From Antedon mediterranea (lineage: Eukaryota > Animalia > Echinodermata), in contig NC_092673.1 in the NCBI RefSeq assembly GCF_964355755.1, positions 27,959,648 to 28,023,647 of the forward strand: 64,000 bases of DNA, in the 5' to 3' direction. Of this stretch, positions 1-14,100 are shown piece after piece. A model generated the notes under the pieces. That model ran no database searches and had not been told where the DNA came from. It saw only the letters and a program-made list of their open reading frames with translations. Position 1 is the stretch's first letter, and each line of letters begins with the position of its first letter. The translations under genes and the position numbers were made by a program.

Positions 1-3000
1 TCTACTACAGAGCCATCGACTACTGAACCATCTACTACTGAACCCTCAACTACTGAACCATCTACTACTGAACCCTCAACTACTGAACCATCTAATACAG
101 AACCATCAACAACAGAACCCTCAACTACTGAGCCATCAACAACAGAGCCCTCAACTACGGAGCCATCAACTACAGAGCCCTCAACCACAGAGCCATCAAC
201 CACAGAACCATCTACTACTGAACCATCGACAACAGAGCCATCTACTACAGAGCCATCGACTACTGAACCCTCAACTACTGAACCATCTACTACTGAACCA
301 TCGACAACAGAGCCATCTACTACTGAACCATCGACAACAGAGCCATCTACTACAGAGCCATCGACTACTGAACTCTCAACTACTGATCCATCTACTACTG
401 AACCATCAACTACTGAACCCTCAACTACTGAACCATCTAATACAGAACCATCAACAACAGAACCCTCAACTACTGAGCCATCAACAACAGAGCCCTCAAC
501 TACGGAGCCATCAACTACAGAGCCCTCAACCACAGAGCCATCAACCACAGAACCATCTACTACTGAACCATCGACAACAGAGCCATCTACTACAGAGCCA
601 TCGACTACTGAACCCTCAACTACTGAACCATCTACTACTGAACCATCGACAACAGAGCCATCTACTACTGAGCCATCAACAACAGAGCCCTCAACTACGG
701 AGCCATCAACTACAGAGCCCTCAACCACAGAGCCATCAACCACAGAACCATCTACTACTGAACCATCGACAACAGAGCCATCTACTACAGAGCCATCGAC
801 TACTGAACCCTCAACTACTGAACCATCTACTACTAAACCATCGACAACAGAGCCATCTACTACTGAACCATCAACAACAGAGCCCTCAACTACTGAACCA
901 TCAACAACAGAGCCCCCAACTACTGAACCATCAACGACAGAGCCCTCAACTACTGAACCATCAACAACAGAGCCCTCAACTACTGAGCCATCAACTACAG
1001 AGCCATCTACTACTGAGCCATCAACAACAGAGCCATCTACTACTGAACCATCAACTACAGAGCCCTCAACTACTGAGCCATCTACTACTGAACCATCAAC
1101 AACAGAGCCCTCAACTACTGAGCCATCAACAACAGAGCCCTCGACTACTGAGCCATCAACCACTGAGCCCTCAACTACTGAGCCCTCAACCACTGAGCCA
1201 TCATCTACAGAGCCATCAACCACAGAGCCATCAACCACAGAACCATCTACCACTGAACCATCGACAACAGAGTCATCTACTACAGAGCCATCAACTACTG
1301 AACCCTCAACTACTGAACCATCTACTACTGAACCATCTACTACAGAACCATCAACGACAGAGCCTTCAACTACTGAACCATCTACTACTGAGCCATCAAC
1401 TACTGAACCATCAACAACAGAGCCCTCCAGCACAGAGCTATCAACAACAGAGCAATCTACTACAGAGCCATCGACTACTGAACCCTCAACTACTGAACCA
1501 TCTACTACTGAACCATCAACAACAGAGCCCTCAACTACTGAGCCATCAACAACAGAGCCCTCAACTACTGAGCCATCAACTACAGAGCCCTCAACCACAG
1601 AGCCATCGACTACTGAGCCATCGACTACTGAAATCTCAACTACTGAGCCATCAACTACAGATCCCTCAACTACTGAACCATCTACTACAGAACCATCAAC
1701 GACAGAGCCCTCAACTACTGAACCATCTACTACTGAGCCATCAACTACTGAACCATCAACAACAGAGCCCTCCACCACAGAGCCATCAACAACAGAGCAA
1801 TCTACTACAGAGCCATCGACTACTGAACCCTCAACTACTGAACCATCTACTACTGAACCATCAACAACAGAGCCCTCAACTACTGAGCCATCAACAACAG
1901 AGCCCTCAACTACTGAGCTATCAACTACAGAGCCCTCAACCACAGAGCCATCGACTACTGAGCCTTCAACTACAGAGCCCTCAACTACTGAGCCATCAAC
2001 CACAGAACCATCAACCACAGAACCATCTACTACTGAACCATCGACAACAGAGCCATCTACTACAGAGCCATCGACTACTGAACTCTCAACTACTGATCCA
2101 TCTACTACTGAACCATCAACTACTGAACCATCAACTACTGAACCGTCTACTACAGAACCATCAACAACAGAACCATCAACTACTGAGCCATCAACAACAG
2201 AGCCCTCAACTACGGAGCCATCAACTACAGAGCCCTCAACCACAGAGCCCTCAACCACAGAGCCATCTACTACTGAACCATCGACAACAGAGCCATCTAC
2301 TACAGAGCCATCGACTACTGAACCCTCAACTACTGAACCATCTACTACTGAACCATCGACAACAGAGCCATCTACTACTGAAACATCAACAACAGAGCCC
2401 TCAACTACTGAACCATCAACAACAGAGCCCTCAACTACTGAACCATCAACTACTGAGCCATCTACTACTGAACCATCAACAACAGAGCCCTCAACTACTG
2501 AGCCATCAACAACAGAGCCCTCAACTACTGAGCCATCAACCACTGAGCCCTCAACTACTGAGCCCTCAACCACTGAGCCATCAACTACAGAGCCATCAAC
2601 CACAGAGCCATCAACCACAGAACCATCTACTACTGCACCATCGACAACAGAGTCATCTACTACAGAGCCATCAACTACTGAACCCTCAACTACTGAACCA
2701 TCTACTACTGAACCATCTACTACAGAACCATCAACGACAGAGCCCTCAACTACTGAACCATCTACTACTGAGCCATCAACTACTGAACCATCAACAACAG
2801 AGCCCTCCACCACAGAGCCATCAACAACAGAGCAATCTACTACAGAGCCATCGACTACTGAACCCTCAACTACTGAACCATCTACTACTGAACCATCAAC
2901 AGAGCCCTCAACTACTGAGCCATCAACAACAGAGCCCTCAACTACTGAGCCATCAACTACAGAGCCCTCAACCACAGAGCCATCGACTACTGAGCCATCT

Positions 3001-6000
3001 ACTACAGAGCCATCGACTACTGAACCCTCAACTACTGAACCATCTACTACTGAACCATCGACAACAGAGCCATCTACTACTGAACCATCAACAACAGAGC
3101 CCTCAACTGCTGAACCATCAACGACAGAGCCCTCAACTACTGAACCATCAACAACAGAGCCCTCAACTACTGAGCCATCAACAACAGAGCCATCTACTAC
3201 TGAACCATCAACTACAGAGCCCTCAACTACTGAGCCATCTACTACTGAACCATCAACAACAGAGCCCTCAACTACTGAGCCATCAACAACAGAGCCCTCA
3301 ACTACTGAGCCATCAACCACTGAGCCCTCAACTACTGAGCCCTCAACCACTGAGCCATCAACTACAGAGCCATCAACCACAAAGCCATCAACCACAGAAC
3401 CATCAACCACAGAACCATCTACTACTGAACCATCGACAACAGAGTCATCTACTACAGAGCCATCAACCACAGAGCCATCAATCACAGAACCATCTACTAC
3501 TGAACCATCGACAACAGAGTCATCTACTACAGAGCCATCAACTACTGAACCCTCAACTACTGAACCATCTACTACTGAACCATTTACTACAGAACCATCA
3601 ACGACAGAGCCCTCAACTACTGAACCATCTACTACTGAGCCATCAACTACTGAACCATCAACGACAGAGCCCTCAACTACTGAACCATCAACAACAGAGC
3701 CCTCAACTACTGAGCCATCAACAACAGAGCCATCTACTACTGAACCATCAACTACAGAGCCCTCAACTACTGAGCCATCTACTACTGAACCATCAACAAC
3801 AGAGCCCTCAACTACTGAGCCATCAACAACAGAGCCCTCAACTACTGAGCCATCAACCACTGAGCCCTCAACTACTGAGCCCTCAACCACTGAGCCATCA
3901 ACTACAGAGCCATCAACCACAGAGCCATCAACCACAGAACCATCTACTACTGAACCATCGACAACAGAGTCATCTACTACAGAGCCATCAACTACTGAAC
4001 CCTCAACTACTGAACCATCTACTACTGAACCATCTACTACAGAACCATCAACGACAGAGCCCTCAACTACTGAACCATCTACTACTGAGCCATCAACTAC
4101 TGAGCCATCAACAACAGAGCCCTCCACCACAGAGCCATCAACAACAGAGCCATCGACTACTGAACCGTCAACTACTGAACCATCTACTACTGAACCATCA
4201 ACAGAGCCCTCAACTACTGAGCCATCAACAACAGAGCCCTCAACTACTGAGCCCTCAACTACTGAGCCATCAACTACAGAGCCCTCAACCACAGAGCCAT
4301 CGACTACTGAGCCATCGACTACTGAAATCTCAACTACTGAACCCTCAACTACTGAGCCATCAACTACAGATCCCTCAACTACTGAACCATCTACTACAGA
4401 ACCATCAACGACAGAGCCCTCAACTACTGAACCATCTACTACTGAGCCATCAACTACTGAACCATCAACAACAGAGCCCTCCACCACAGAGCCATCAACA
4501 ACAGAGCAATCTACTACAGAGCCATTGACTACTGAACCCTCAACTACTGAACCATCTACAACTGAACCATCGACAACAGAGCCCTCAACTACTGAGCCAT
4601 CAACTACAGAGCCCTCAACCACAGAGCCATCGACTACTGAGCCTTCAACTACAGAGCCCTCAACTACTGAGCCATCAACCACAGAACCATCAACCACAGA
4701 ACCATCTACTACTGAACCATCGACAACAGAGCCATCTACTACTGAACCCTCAACTACTGAACCATCTACTACTGAACCATCAACAACAGAGCCATCTACT
4801 ACAGAACCATCAACAACAGAGCCCTCAAGTACTGAAGCATCAACAACAGAGCCCTCAACTACTGAACCATCAACGACAGAGCCCTCAACTACTGAACCAT
4901 CAACAACAGAGCCATCAACTACTGAGCTATCAACTACTGAGCCATCAACCACAGAGCCATCTACTACTGAACCATCTACTACTGAACCATCAACAACAGA
5001 GCCATCTACTACTGAACCATCTACTACTGAACCATCAACAACAGAGCCCTCAACTACTGAGCCATCAACTACAGAGCCCTCAACCACAGAGCCATCTACT
5101 ACTGAACCATCTACTACAGAACCATCAACAACAGAGCCCTTAACTACTGAGCCATCAACAACAGAGCCCTCAACTACTGAGCCATCAACTACAGAGCCCT
5201 CAACCACAGAGCCATCGACTACTGAGCCTTCAACTACAGAGCCCTCAACTACTGAGCCATCAACCACAGAACCATCAACTACTGAACCATCAACGACAGT
5301 GCCATCAACGACTGAACCCTCAACTACTGAACCCTCAACTACTGAGCCATCGACTACTGAACCCTCAACTACTGAACCATCTACTACTGAACCATCAACA
5401 ACTGAGCCCTCAACTACTGAGCCCTCAACTACTGAACCATCGACAACAGAGCCATCTACTACAGAGCCTTCAACTACAGAGCCCTCAACTACTGAACCAT
5501 CGACCACTGAACCATCGACTACAGAACCATCAACGACAGAGCCCTCAACTACTGAACCATCAACAACAGAGCCCTCAACTACTGAGCCATCAACTACAGA
5601 GCCCTCAACTACTGAGCCATTAACCACAGAGCCATCAACCACAGAACCATCAACCACAGAGCCATCTACTACTGAACCATCTACTACTGAACCATCAACA
5701 ACAGAGCCCTCAACTACTGAGCCCTCAACTACTGAGCCATCAACTACAGAGCCCTCAACTACTGAGCCATCAACCACAGAGCCATCTACTACTGAACCAT
5801 CAACAACAGAGCCCTCAACTACTGAGCCATCAACCACTGAGCCCTCAACTACTGAGCCATCAACCACAGAGCCCTCAACCACAGAGCCATCAACCACAGA
5901 ACCATCTACTTCTGAACCATCGACAACAGAGCCATCTACTACAGAGCCATCGACTACTGAACCCTCCACTACTGAACCATCTACTACTGAACTATCTACT

Positions 6001-6835
6001 ACTGAACCATCAACAACAGAGCCCTCAACTACTGAGCCATCAACTACAGAGCCCTCAACTACTGAGCCATCAACCACAGAACCATCAACGACAGAGCCCT
6101 CAACTGCTGAACCATCAACAACAGAGCCCTCAACTACTGAGCCATCAACTACAGAACCATCTACTACAGAACCATCTACTACTGAGCAATCAACCACAGA
6201 GCCATCTACTACTGAACCATCAACCACAGAGCCATCTACCACTGAACCATCTACTACTGAACCATCAACAACAGAGCCTTCAACTACTGAGCCATCAACA
6301 ACAGAGCCCTCAACTACTGAGCCATCAACCACTGAGCCCTCAACTACTGAGCCATCAACTACAGAGCCCTCAACCACAGAGCCATCAACCACAGAACCAT
6401 CTACTACTGAACCATCAACAACAAAGCCATCTACTACAGAGCCATCGGCTACTGAACCATCTACTACTGAACCATCGACAACAGAGCCATCTACTACAGA
6501 GCCCTCAACTACTGAGCCCTCAACTACTGAGCCATCAACCACAGAGCCATCTACTACAGAGCCATCGACTACTGAACCCTCAACTACTGAACCATCTACT
6601 ACTGAACCATCAACAACAGAGCCCTCAACTACAAAGTCATCAACTACAGAGCCCTCAACCACAGAGCCATCGACTACTGAACCCTCAACTACTGAACCAT
6701 CAACGACAGAACCATCTACTACAGAACCCTCTACTACTGAGCCATCGACGACAGAGCCCTCGACTACTGAGCCATCAACTACAGAGCCCTCAACTACTGA
6801 ACCATCTACTACTGAACCATCAACTACAGAGTCGG
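1..6835 (+). CDS. Mucin exon 1 (partial): PTS domain, STTEP 15-bp tandem repeats
   Basis: Open frame from base 1 (tct act aca gag cca); donor G|GTAAG at 6836, phase 1. Confidence 0.88.
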
Positions 6836-6986
6836 GTAAGACACTTTTTCTCAATATATACATAAAATTTATTTTCTTGAATTTGTAAAATAAGTCGTGG
6901 TATATATGTATATATTAATTTATTGTATGTATTAAACCACAACTTATTTACAAAATTCAAGAAAATTTATTTAAATTCATTCATTA

Positions 6987-8356
6987 TCTATATATAAATT
7001 ATGGTTAATTCTGACATAGGCGAGCACAATGCAAAAACTTCGGTACAAATCTCCGCCTTGGATACCTACCTTATCTATCTGAGATGTACCGCGAAACGTA
7101 GATTTGATAACATTAGTGTTCACAGCGACGCTATTGTTCCATATTTCTATCTTAGGAAGATGTTATAAAGAGTTTTTAACACAATTTATGATTTCTACAT
7201 TAGATTTTCATCTTAATTTCAATTCTTCCCGGTCAAAGTAATTTCCGGGTTTAAGATAAGTTCACCTTGCAACAACCTGGTTTCAAATATTTTCTCTCTT
7301 TTATACACAAGGGAGCAGTTAAAATAATAGATTTGACCCTAAAGGTGACTGGAAACAGGCACTTTCCATCAATCAATACAGTGTCCCTTTGGAAGACGAA
7401 AAAAAAATCAGATTAAAAGGACTGGAGCTTAAGTTGGCCATTAATCATAGCCATTTCAGTTTTTTGTTTATTTTAAAACATACCGCGCGTGTGTGAAGGT
7501 ACAGTAGTTAAATAATAGGAATTATACTGCAAATTAATAAAGATCAAATTAAATATACGCCATAAAGAATCAGAATATATTGTGGGGAATAGTATTATAA
7601 AATTACATAGGGAGATTTGATGATAAGACATTTTTCGAGTGAAATCCCGATAGCTGAGTTTTATTGAGTAAGCTTGCAGGAATAACTGTAGGCTATCTTC
7701 CTGTGTCCCGTTAGGACCGAGATGTCTGCCCATGTTGCAAGCCGTAATGTCTTCTTTCTTGGGCCCACTCTGTCACGGCAGTTAGTTTCAAAAGATGATT
7801 AAATTAAATAATGTATTAATAATTATTAGGATGGTATTCATTTGAATAAACGCCTCCAATAAAACATCACTTTGAATAATAACCCCCCCCCCCCCCCCCC
7901 CCCCACCCCCAACCCAACTATCTAATAAACGTCCATCCACATATTTATAATAACACAATTATACTATTTGTAGTAGAATTCACCGCACTGTTATCTGCAA
8001 TTTACCAAGCATTTGTTATTCTTTTTTACCACTTTTCATATCTATTAGAGGATTTCATTTGATTATAAATGTTACCATATTATTAAAACTAAAAAATTTA
8101 ACATATATCCCTCGATAAGCACCTCCCTCAAATGACCTCCGCCTCCCCAAAGGGCCCTACCAAACAATAAAAACTATACTTTAAAATGTTATTAATCATC
8201 TAAAACACTGTGAAACAAAGTAGTTTAGTTTTACGAATGTCAAGCATTTTCAATAATGGTAACCGACAGAAAATGTATAAGGAGAACATTATCATTCCGA
8301 GAACCATCGTCTACACTTCCTAGAGGGGTAGCGAGCGAAGCGAGCTCACCCTCTAG
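6987..8356 (+). mobile_element. Non-autonomous Helitron (probably full length)
   Basis: A|TCTATATATA 5' end, 3' GC-rich hairpin region then CTAG|T; near-identical second copy at 19345-20281. Confidence 0.65.
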
Positions 8357-8470
8357 TATAGTAAATTATATAATGAATGTTCAAGAGTTAAATGAGTAAA
8401 AATTTCATCAATTGAAATTGTCACTGTTATTTAAAGAGGGGTTTAATAATATATATAAAAACATTTTTAG

Positions 8471-8827
8471 TTGAAACAACTGAACCAACTACAGAGCCTT
8501 CTACTACTGAACCATCAACGACAGAGCCCTCAACTACTGAGCCCTCAACTACTGAGCTATCTACTACAGAGCCATCTACTACTGAGCCTTCTACTACAGA
8601 GCCTTCTACTACTGAGCCCTCAACTACTGAGCTATCTACTACTGAACCATCAACGACAGAGCCCTCAACTACTGAGCCATCAACTACTGAACCATCTACC
8701 ACTGAACCATCAACGACAGAGCCCTCGACTACTGAACCATCAACGACAGAGCCCTCAACTACTGAACCATCTACTACAGAGCCATCTAATACTCAGCCAT
8801 CAACTACTCAACCATCAACAACAATGG
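8471..8827 (+). CDS. Mucin exon 2: short STTEP PTS exon (357 nt, phase 1-1)
   Basis: TTTTAG acceptor 8469-70; VETTEPTTEPS...TM; donor G|GTAAG 8828. Confidence 0.85.
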
Positions 8828-9621
8828 GTAAGAAACTTTTTTTTCGATATTTACATTTACATAAAATAAATTTTCTTGAATTTGTAAATATATGTTTGAT
8901 GTATAATGAATGTTGATGAGTTGAATGGAGAACATATACTCATGAATTAAAATATTCAGTATTATTTAAAGAGACGTAATCGGGTTATATATGAAAGTCA
9001 ATTTATAATAAAATATTTTTTTTATTAAAAGAATGCAAAACATTCATCCTTTGTTTTATCATACATCTTACCTTTCTAAAGTAAATTTTATTCTTCTATC
9101 TTGAACGTATTCCAATGTCCAGCGTTCAATCGTGATCTATGTACCAGTACCATTCACACTTAAGCTACGGAAACAATTGATAGATATCTATTAAATTGAA
9201 GTGAAATATTTAATATTTGAAATAAATAATATGATTGGTGATTACGGCCATAAGTTTGTAACTCACAGACTCTTACACAAAGTAATCCTTAACGTTTAAA
9301 AGTCAAGGTGTTAAGACACAGCGATCTACATACCTTGTGTTTAAAACACTCTGATAGTCATCATGTCTAAGCAGATAGAACTATGTATACATTCATGAAA
9401 AACGCATGAAAATTTAGAAATCCCTGTATAAAACATACATTTAATGTATATTTATTTCACTTCCAATCTGTTTTTTCCCGAGACATAAATCATGTTCACT
9501 CAATATCCTGCCTTTCACGAACCTGCAACTGACACGAACAAAAAAAACTATTTTAAAATGTTCTTCACTTTATACACATGGCCTTTAAACAAAACATACA
9601 GTAGTGACATACTGTGAATGT

Positions 9622-9718
9622 ATCATGTGAACTCACATGTTGTGAAGAAATCATGTGAACTCACATATTGTGAAGAAATCATGTGAACTCACATGTTGTG
9701 AAGAAATCGTGTGCTCAC
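9622..9718. repeat. 28-bp tandem repeat (~3.5 copies)
   Basis: ATCATGTGAACTCACATGTTGTGAAGAA; unit contains inverted repeat CATGTGA..TCACATG. Confidence 0.85.
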
Positions 9719-9877
9719 TTGTATTATTATAGTGCTGTAAATTAAATAAAGATTAAGAAATATCATATAGTATCTATAATCAATGTGCAATACATTCCTT
9801 TTTCTATTTCTAATTATAATTTCTTTTTCTAATAATGACATTTATCGAGTTCCTCTAACCCTTACCTTATTTACACA

Positions 9878-10569
9878 TTTTTAGTCGCGTGGAAGCGACT
9901 CTATAGTTCACTATGTCGGTCGGTCGGTCTGTCTGTCTGTCGGTCCGGTATCACTATGCGTTTTATCGCTTTCTGACCTTATCTTGATATCAGTTTAATC
10001 TAGCTAGGTCAATTTTTCACAGTATATTCCTTATGGCCAGGAATCAATGTGGTTATGTTTTTACGGTGGGCAATAAAAAAATTACGCGGTCTACGCACGA
10101 TTTAACGAAATCACGTTTGTAATCATATCTTCACAACCATGAATCACAATTAAATAAAATTTGGTACTCATAAATTTCAGGGCATAAATCATCATATGGC
10201 AATACAATTACGTGCGTAGCGCATGTAACGTATGCGTACGCGCGCTTAAAATTTTCAAAATTTATTTTCGATGAAATAAGAGTACGTTTCAGGCAATTTT
10301 AAGCGTTTACAAAATTGCCATGAGTGCGCAGATTTTTGCGCGCGCATTGCGCGTTAAATGTTATTGCGCACTCTTTTTGCCCGATTTCAACATTTTTAAA
10401 CATGTTCAGTAATTTCGATCAGTATAGTTCACTATGTCGGTCTGTCTGTCGGTCTGTCTGTCTGTCGGTCTGTTTGTCTGTCGGTCTGTTTGTCTGTCGG
10501 TCTGTTTGTCTGTCGGTCCGGTATCACTATGCATTGTAGCACGCGACTTAATGGCTGTTGGCCTTGTTT
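9878..10569 (+). mobile_element. Helentron-type (HINE/DINE-1-like) non-autonomous element
   Basis: T-run + subTIR AGTCGCGTG (9883) / CACGCGACT (10540), (GTCY)n microsatellites, short 3' hairpin, T-rich end. Confidence 0.65.
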
Positions 10570-11195
10570 CTTACATATTCGCAACCAGAAATCGTAAATA
10601 TACCATATTTAGGGAACATACACTTCATTGAATTGAACAAAATCCACAGCACTTGTAACATGCACGTACAAACGTTTGCCATTTGCAAAAATGAACACAA
10701 TTGATTTTAAACTAAATTAGAGAAAGTTTAAGAGTATTTGAAAGATTGCCTACCCCATGCACTACGCAGGATACGTAGTACATAAGTTATGACAGCTTCA
10801 GTAATACGTGGATCTAGATTTCAAGATTTATTTTCACTTTCTACACACGACCGCGATTGTAACTCTGTGATTGGTCTTGTTGATCCTACTACATTACTAC
10901 ATGATCTCCAAATTTTCCAAAAAATATATCCCAATTAACAAAATCATGAATTAACAGTTATTCAAAAAATTAGTCAACAGGTGGAATGATCATCTTCTAA
11001 TTTATCTTTTAAATGTTAAAAATAGGATACCATCGTTATTTGTATTTGTATTTTTTTTTTAAAGTGCCAACATATAAATAAAAAAAAATATATTGACATT
11101 GAATGAAACATATATTTCTAACTTGTTTTATATCAAATGATATTATTATTATTCATTTATTTGAATTTACATATATATAATTCAAACATCTTTAG

Positions 11196-14100
11196 TTCAA
11201 ACTACTGAGCTATCAACAACTGAACCTTCTACTACTGAGACATCTATTACTGAGCCTTCAACTACAGAACAGTCAACAACAGAGTCCTCAACTACCGAAC
11301 CATCTACTACAGAACCATCAACTACAGAACCATCTACTACCGAACCATCTACTACTGAGCCATCTACTACAGAACCATCGACTACAGAACCATCAACTAC
11401 TGAACCATCAACTACAGAACAAGCTACTGCAGAACCATCAACTACTGAACCATCTACAGCTACAACTGTGCCATCAACTACAGAACCATCTACTACAGAA
11501 CCATCTACTACAGAATCCTCAACTACAGAACCATCAACGACAGAAACCTCAACTACTGAGCCCTCAACTACTGAGCCCTCAACTACTGAGCCCTCAACTA
11601 CAGAGCCCTCAACTAGTGTACCATCTACTACTGAACCATCTACTACTGAACCATCTACTACCGAACCAGCTACTACCGAACCAGCTACAACTGTGCAATC
11701 AACTACAGTACCATCTACTATTGAGCCTTCAACTACAGGACCATCTACTACTGAGCTCTCAACTACCCACCTCTCAACAACTGAGCCCTCGACTACTGAG
11801 CCCTCAACTACTGAGCTCTCAACAACTGAGCCCTCGACTACTGAACCATCTACTACAAAACTATCTTCTACAGAACCATCTACTACCGAACCAGCTACAA
11901 CTGTACAATCAACTACAGAACCATCTACTACAGAATCCTCAACTACAGAACCCTCAACTACAGAGCCATCTACGACAGAGCCATCTACTACAGAGCCCTC
12001 AACTACCGAACCATCTACTACAGAACTATCAACTACAGAAGCATCTACTACAGAACCATCTACTACTGAACCAGCTACAACTGTGCAATCAACTACAGTA
12101 TCATCTACTACAGAACCATCTACTACAGAACTGTCAACTACTGAACCATCTACAACTGTGCAATCAACTACAGAACAATCTACTACAGAACTGTCAACTA
12201 CAGAACCGTCAACTACTGAGCCATCTACTACAGAACCATCTACTACAGAACCATCAACTACTGAACCATCTACAACTGTTCAATCAACTACAGAACCATC
12301 TACTACAGAACCATCTACTACAGAACTGTCAACTACAGAACCATCAACTACCGAACCATCAACTACCGAACCATCTACTACCGAACCAGCTACAACTGTG
12401 CAATTAACTACAGAACCCTCAACTACAGAGCCATCTACTACAGAACCATCAACTACAGAACCATCAACGACCGAACCATCAACAACCGAACCATCAACGA
12501 CAGAAACCTCAACTACAGAGCCCTCAACTACAGAGCCCTCAACTACAGAGCCCTCAACTACCGAACCATCTACTACTGAGCCCTCAACTACAGGACCATC
12601 TACTACTGAGCCCTCAACTACTGAGCTCTCAACAACTCAGCCCTCGACTACTGAACCATTGACTACTGAACCATCTACTACAGAACCATCTACAACTGAA
12701 CCATCTACAACTGTGCAATCAACAACAGAACCATCTACTACAGAACCATCTACTACAGAACCCTCAACTACAGAACGCTCAACTACAGAGCCCTCAACTA
12801 CTGAGCTCTCAACTACTGAACCCTCTACTACAGAACCATCTACTACAGAACCATCTACTACCGAACCATCAACTACAGAACCGTCAACTACAGAACCATC
12901 AACTACAGAACCGTCAACTACAGAACCTTCAACAACCGAACCATCTACTACAGAACCATCTACTACAGAACTGTCTACTACCGAACCATCTACTACTGAG
13001 CCCTCAACTACTGAGCTCTCAACTACCGAGCTCTCAACAACTGAGCCCTCGACTACTGAACCAATGACTACTGAACCATCTACTACAGAACCATCTACAA
13101 CAGAACCATCTACCACTGAACCATCTACAACTGTGCAATCAACAACAGAACCATCTACTACAGAACCATATACTACAGAACCCTCAACTACAGAACCATC
13201 AACGACAGAGCCCTCAACTACTGAGCTCTCAACTACTGAACCCTCTACTACAGAATCATCTACTACCGAATCATCAACTACAGAACCGTTAACTACAGAA
13301 CCATCAACTACAGAACCGTCAACTACAGAACTGTCAACTACAGAACCTTCAACAACCGAACCATCTACTACAGAACCATCTACTACAGAACTGTCTACTA
13401 CAGAACTGTCTACTACCAAACCAGCTACAACTGTGCAATCAACTACAGAACCATCTACTACAGAAACCTCAACCACTGAGCCCTCAACTACTGAACCCTC
13501 AACTACAGAGCCCTCAATTACTGAACCATCTACTACTGAGCCCTCAACTACAGGACCATCTACTACTGAGCCCTCAACTACTGAGCTCTCAACTACCGAG
13601 CTCTCAACAACTGAGCCCTCGACTACTGAACCAATGACTACTGAACCATCTACTACAGAACCATCTACAACAGAACCATCTACAACAGAACCATCTACAA
13701 CTGTGCAATCAACAACAGAACCATCTACTACAGAACCATCTACTACAGAACCCTCAACTACAGAACCATCAACGACAGAGCCCTCAACTACTGAGCTCTC
13801 AACTACTGAACCCTCTACTACAGAATCATCTACTACAGAATCATCTACTACAGAACCATCTACTACAGAACCATCTACTACAGAACCATCTACAACTGTG
13901 CAATCAACTACAGAACCATCCACTAGAGAACCGTCAACTACAGAACCATCAACTACAGAACCGTCAACTACAGAACCATCAACTACCGAACCATCTACAA
14001 CTGAACAAGCTACAACTGAATCAGCTACAGCTGAACCATCTACTACCGAACCATCGACTACCGAACCATCGACTACCGAACCATCGACAACACAACCATC

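Noticed and set aside
4525-6888. ORF-track starts at 4525 and 11468 as separate genes
   Set aside because: TTG/GTG starts inside spliced exons; frames are open upstream and end at splice donors.
8471-12407. Leu/Gln/His-rich ORFs 8471..8869 and 11616..12407
   Set aside because: Alternative frames of the same 15-bp repeat; splice phase selects the STTEP frame.
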